Assembly: GCA_002689325.1 (NCBI GenBank)
Contig: NZFP01000038.1
Span: 1-51,958, forward strand
Length of the DNA: 51,958 bases
Direction of reading: 5' to 3'
Source of the DNA: Rickettsiales bacterium
Lineage (GTDB): Bacteria > Pseudomonadota > Alphaproteobacteria > Methylaequorales > Methylaequoraceae
Made by a program: the position numbers and the translations under genes. Shown here in pieces: positions 51,790-51,958 of this stretch. The first letter of the stretch is position 1, and each line of letters starts with the position of its first letter. Under the pieces are notes generated by a model. It saw only the letters and a list, made by a program, of their open reading frames with translations. It was not told the DNA's origin and searched no databases.

Positions 51790-51958
51790 GAATTGCTTAA
51801 TAAGCTATAGCAATAAACGTTTGAATTGTGAACCGAGACGGACCCGGGGGCGGTACCCGGCGCCTCCACCAAAAAAATATAACGGGGGCGAAATAGGATC
51901 GACGTGCGTGGAATTTTCAAAAACTTTGCTCGGAATGGTACCAACGTTATCGGACCAA
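51790..51958 (+). ncRNA. ssrA: Circularly permuted two-piece tmRNA (5' boundary approximate; coding piece runs off the window)
   Basis: T-arm CCGGG-GGCGGTA-CCCGG plus CGCCTCCACCA (ends 51871) comes before GGGGGCGAAATAGGATCGAC (starts 51884). The two form a 7-bp acceptor stem with G3:U70. Confidence 0.95.

Noticed and set aside
51762-51944. 60-aa minus-strand ORF
   Set aside because: It is the antisense shadow of the tmRNA.

Overview
About 52 kb of very AT-rich, densely packed core chromosome from an alphaproteobacterium, probably a streamlined marine lineage. The evidence is a circularly permuted two-piece tmRNA, alpha-type gene orders (murA-hisG-hisD-infA-maf-tRNA-Phe and hflKC-degP-miaA-ilvIH-ilvC-leuA-mreBCD-mrdA-rodA), and many abutting or overlapping genes. 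I see no mobile element, prophage, CRISPR array or rRNA. The most interesting items are: (1) an uncharacterised MotA/TolQ/ExbB-type ion-motor operon whose partner carries an acidic YfaP/DUF2135-like domain rather than an ExbD or OmpA domain, followed by a membrane protein and a lipoprotein with a second copy 28 kb away; (2) a tRNA-Thr(GGT) with a rewired D-loop/T-loop elbow; (3) two tRNAs whose CCA ends lie 4-7 nt from the next start codon; (4) two clear and one possible frameshift in poly-A runs (sua5, a GT41 glycosyltransferase, a small secreted protein), which may be sequencing errors; (5) four small ORFs below the ORF-track cut-off; (6) an Mrp/ApbC lacking its CxxC motif; (7) a possible IspB-COQ8-COQ9-like quinone cluster. 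All family calls come from motif recognition by eye; no searches were run.
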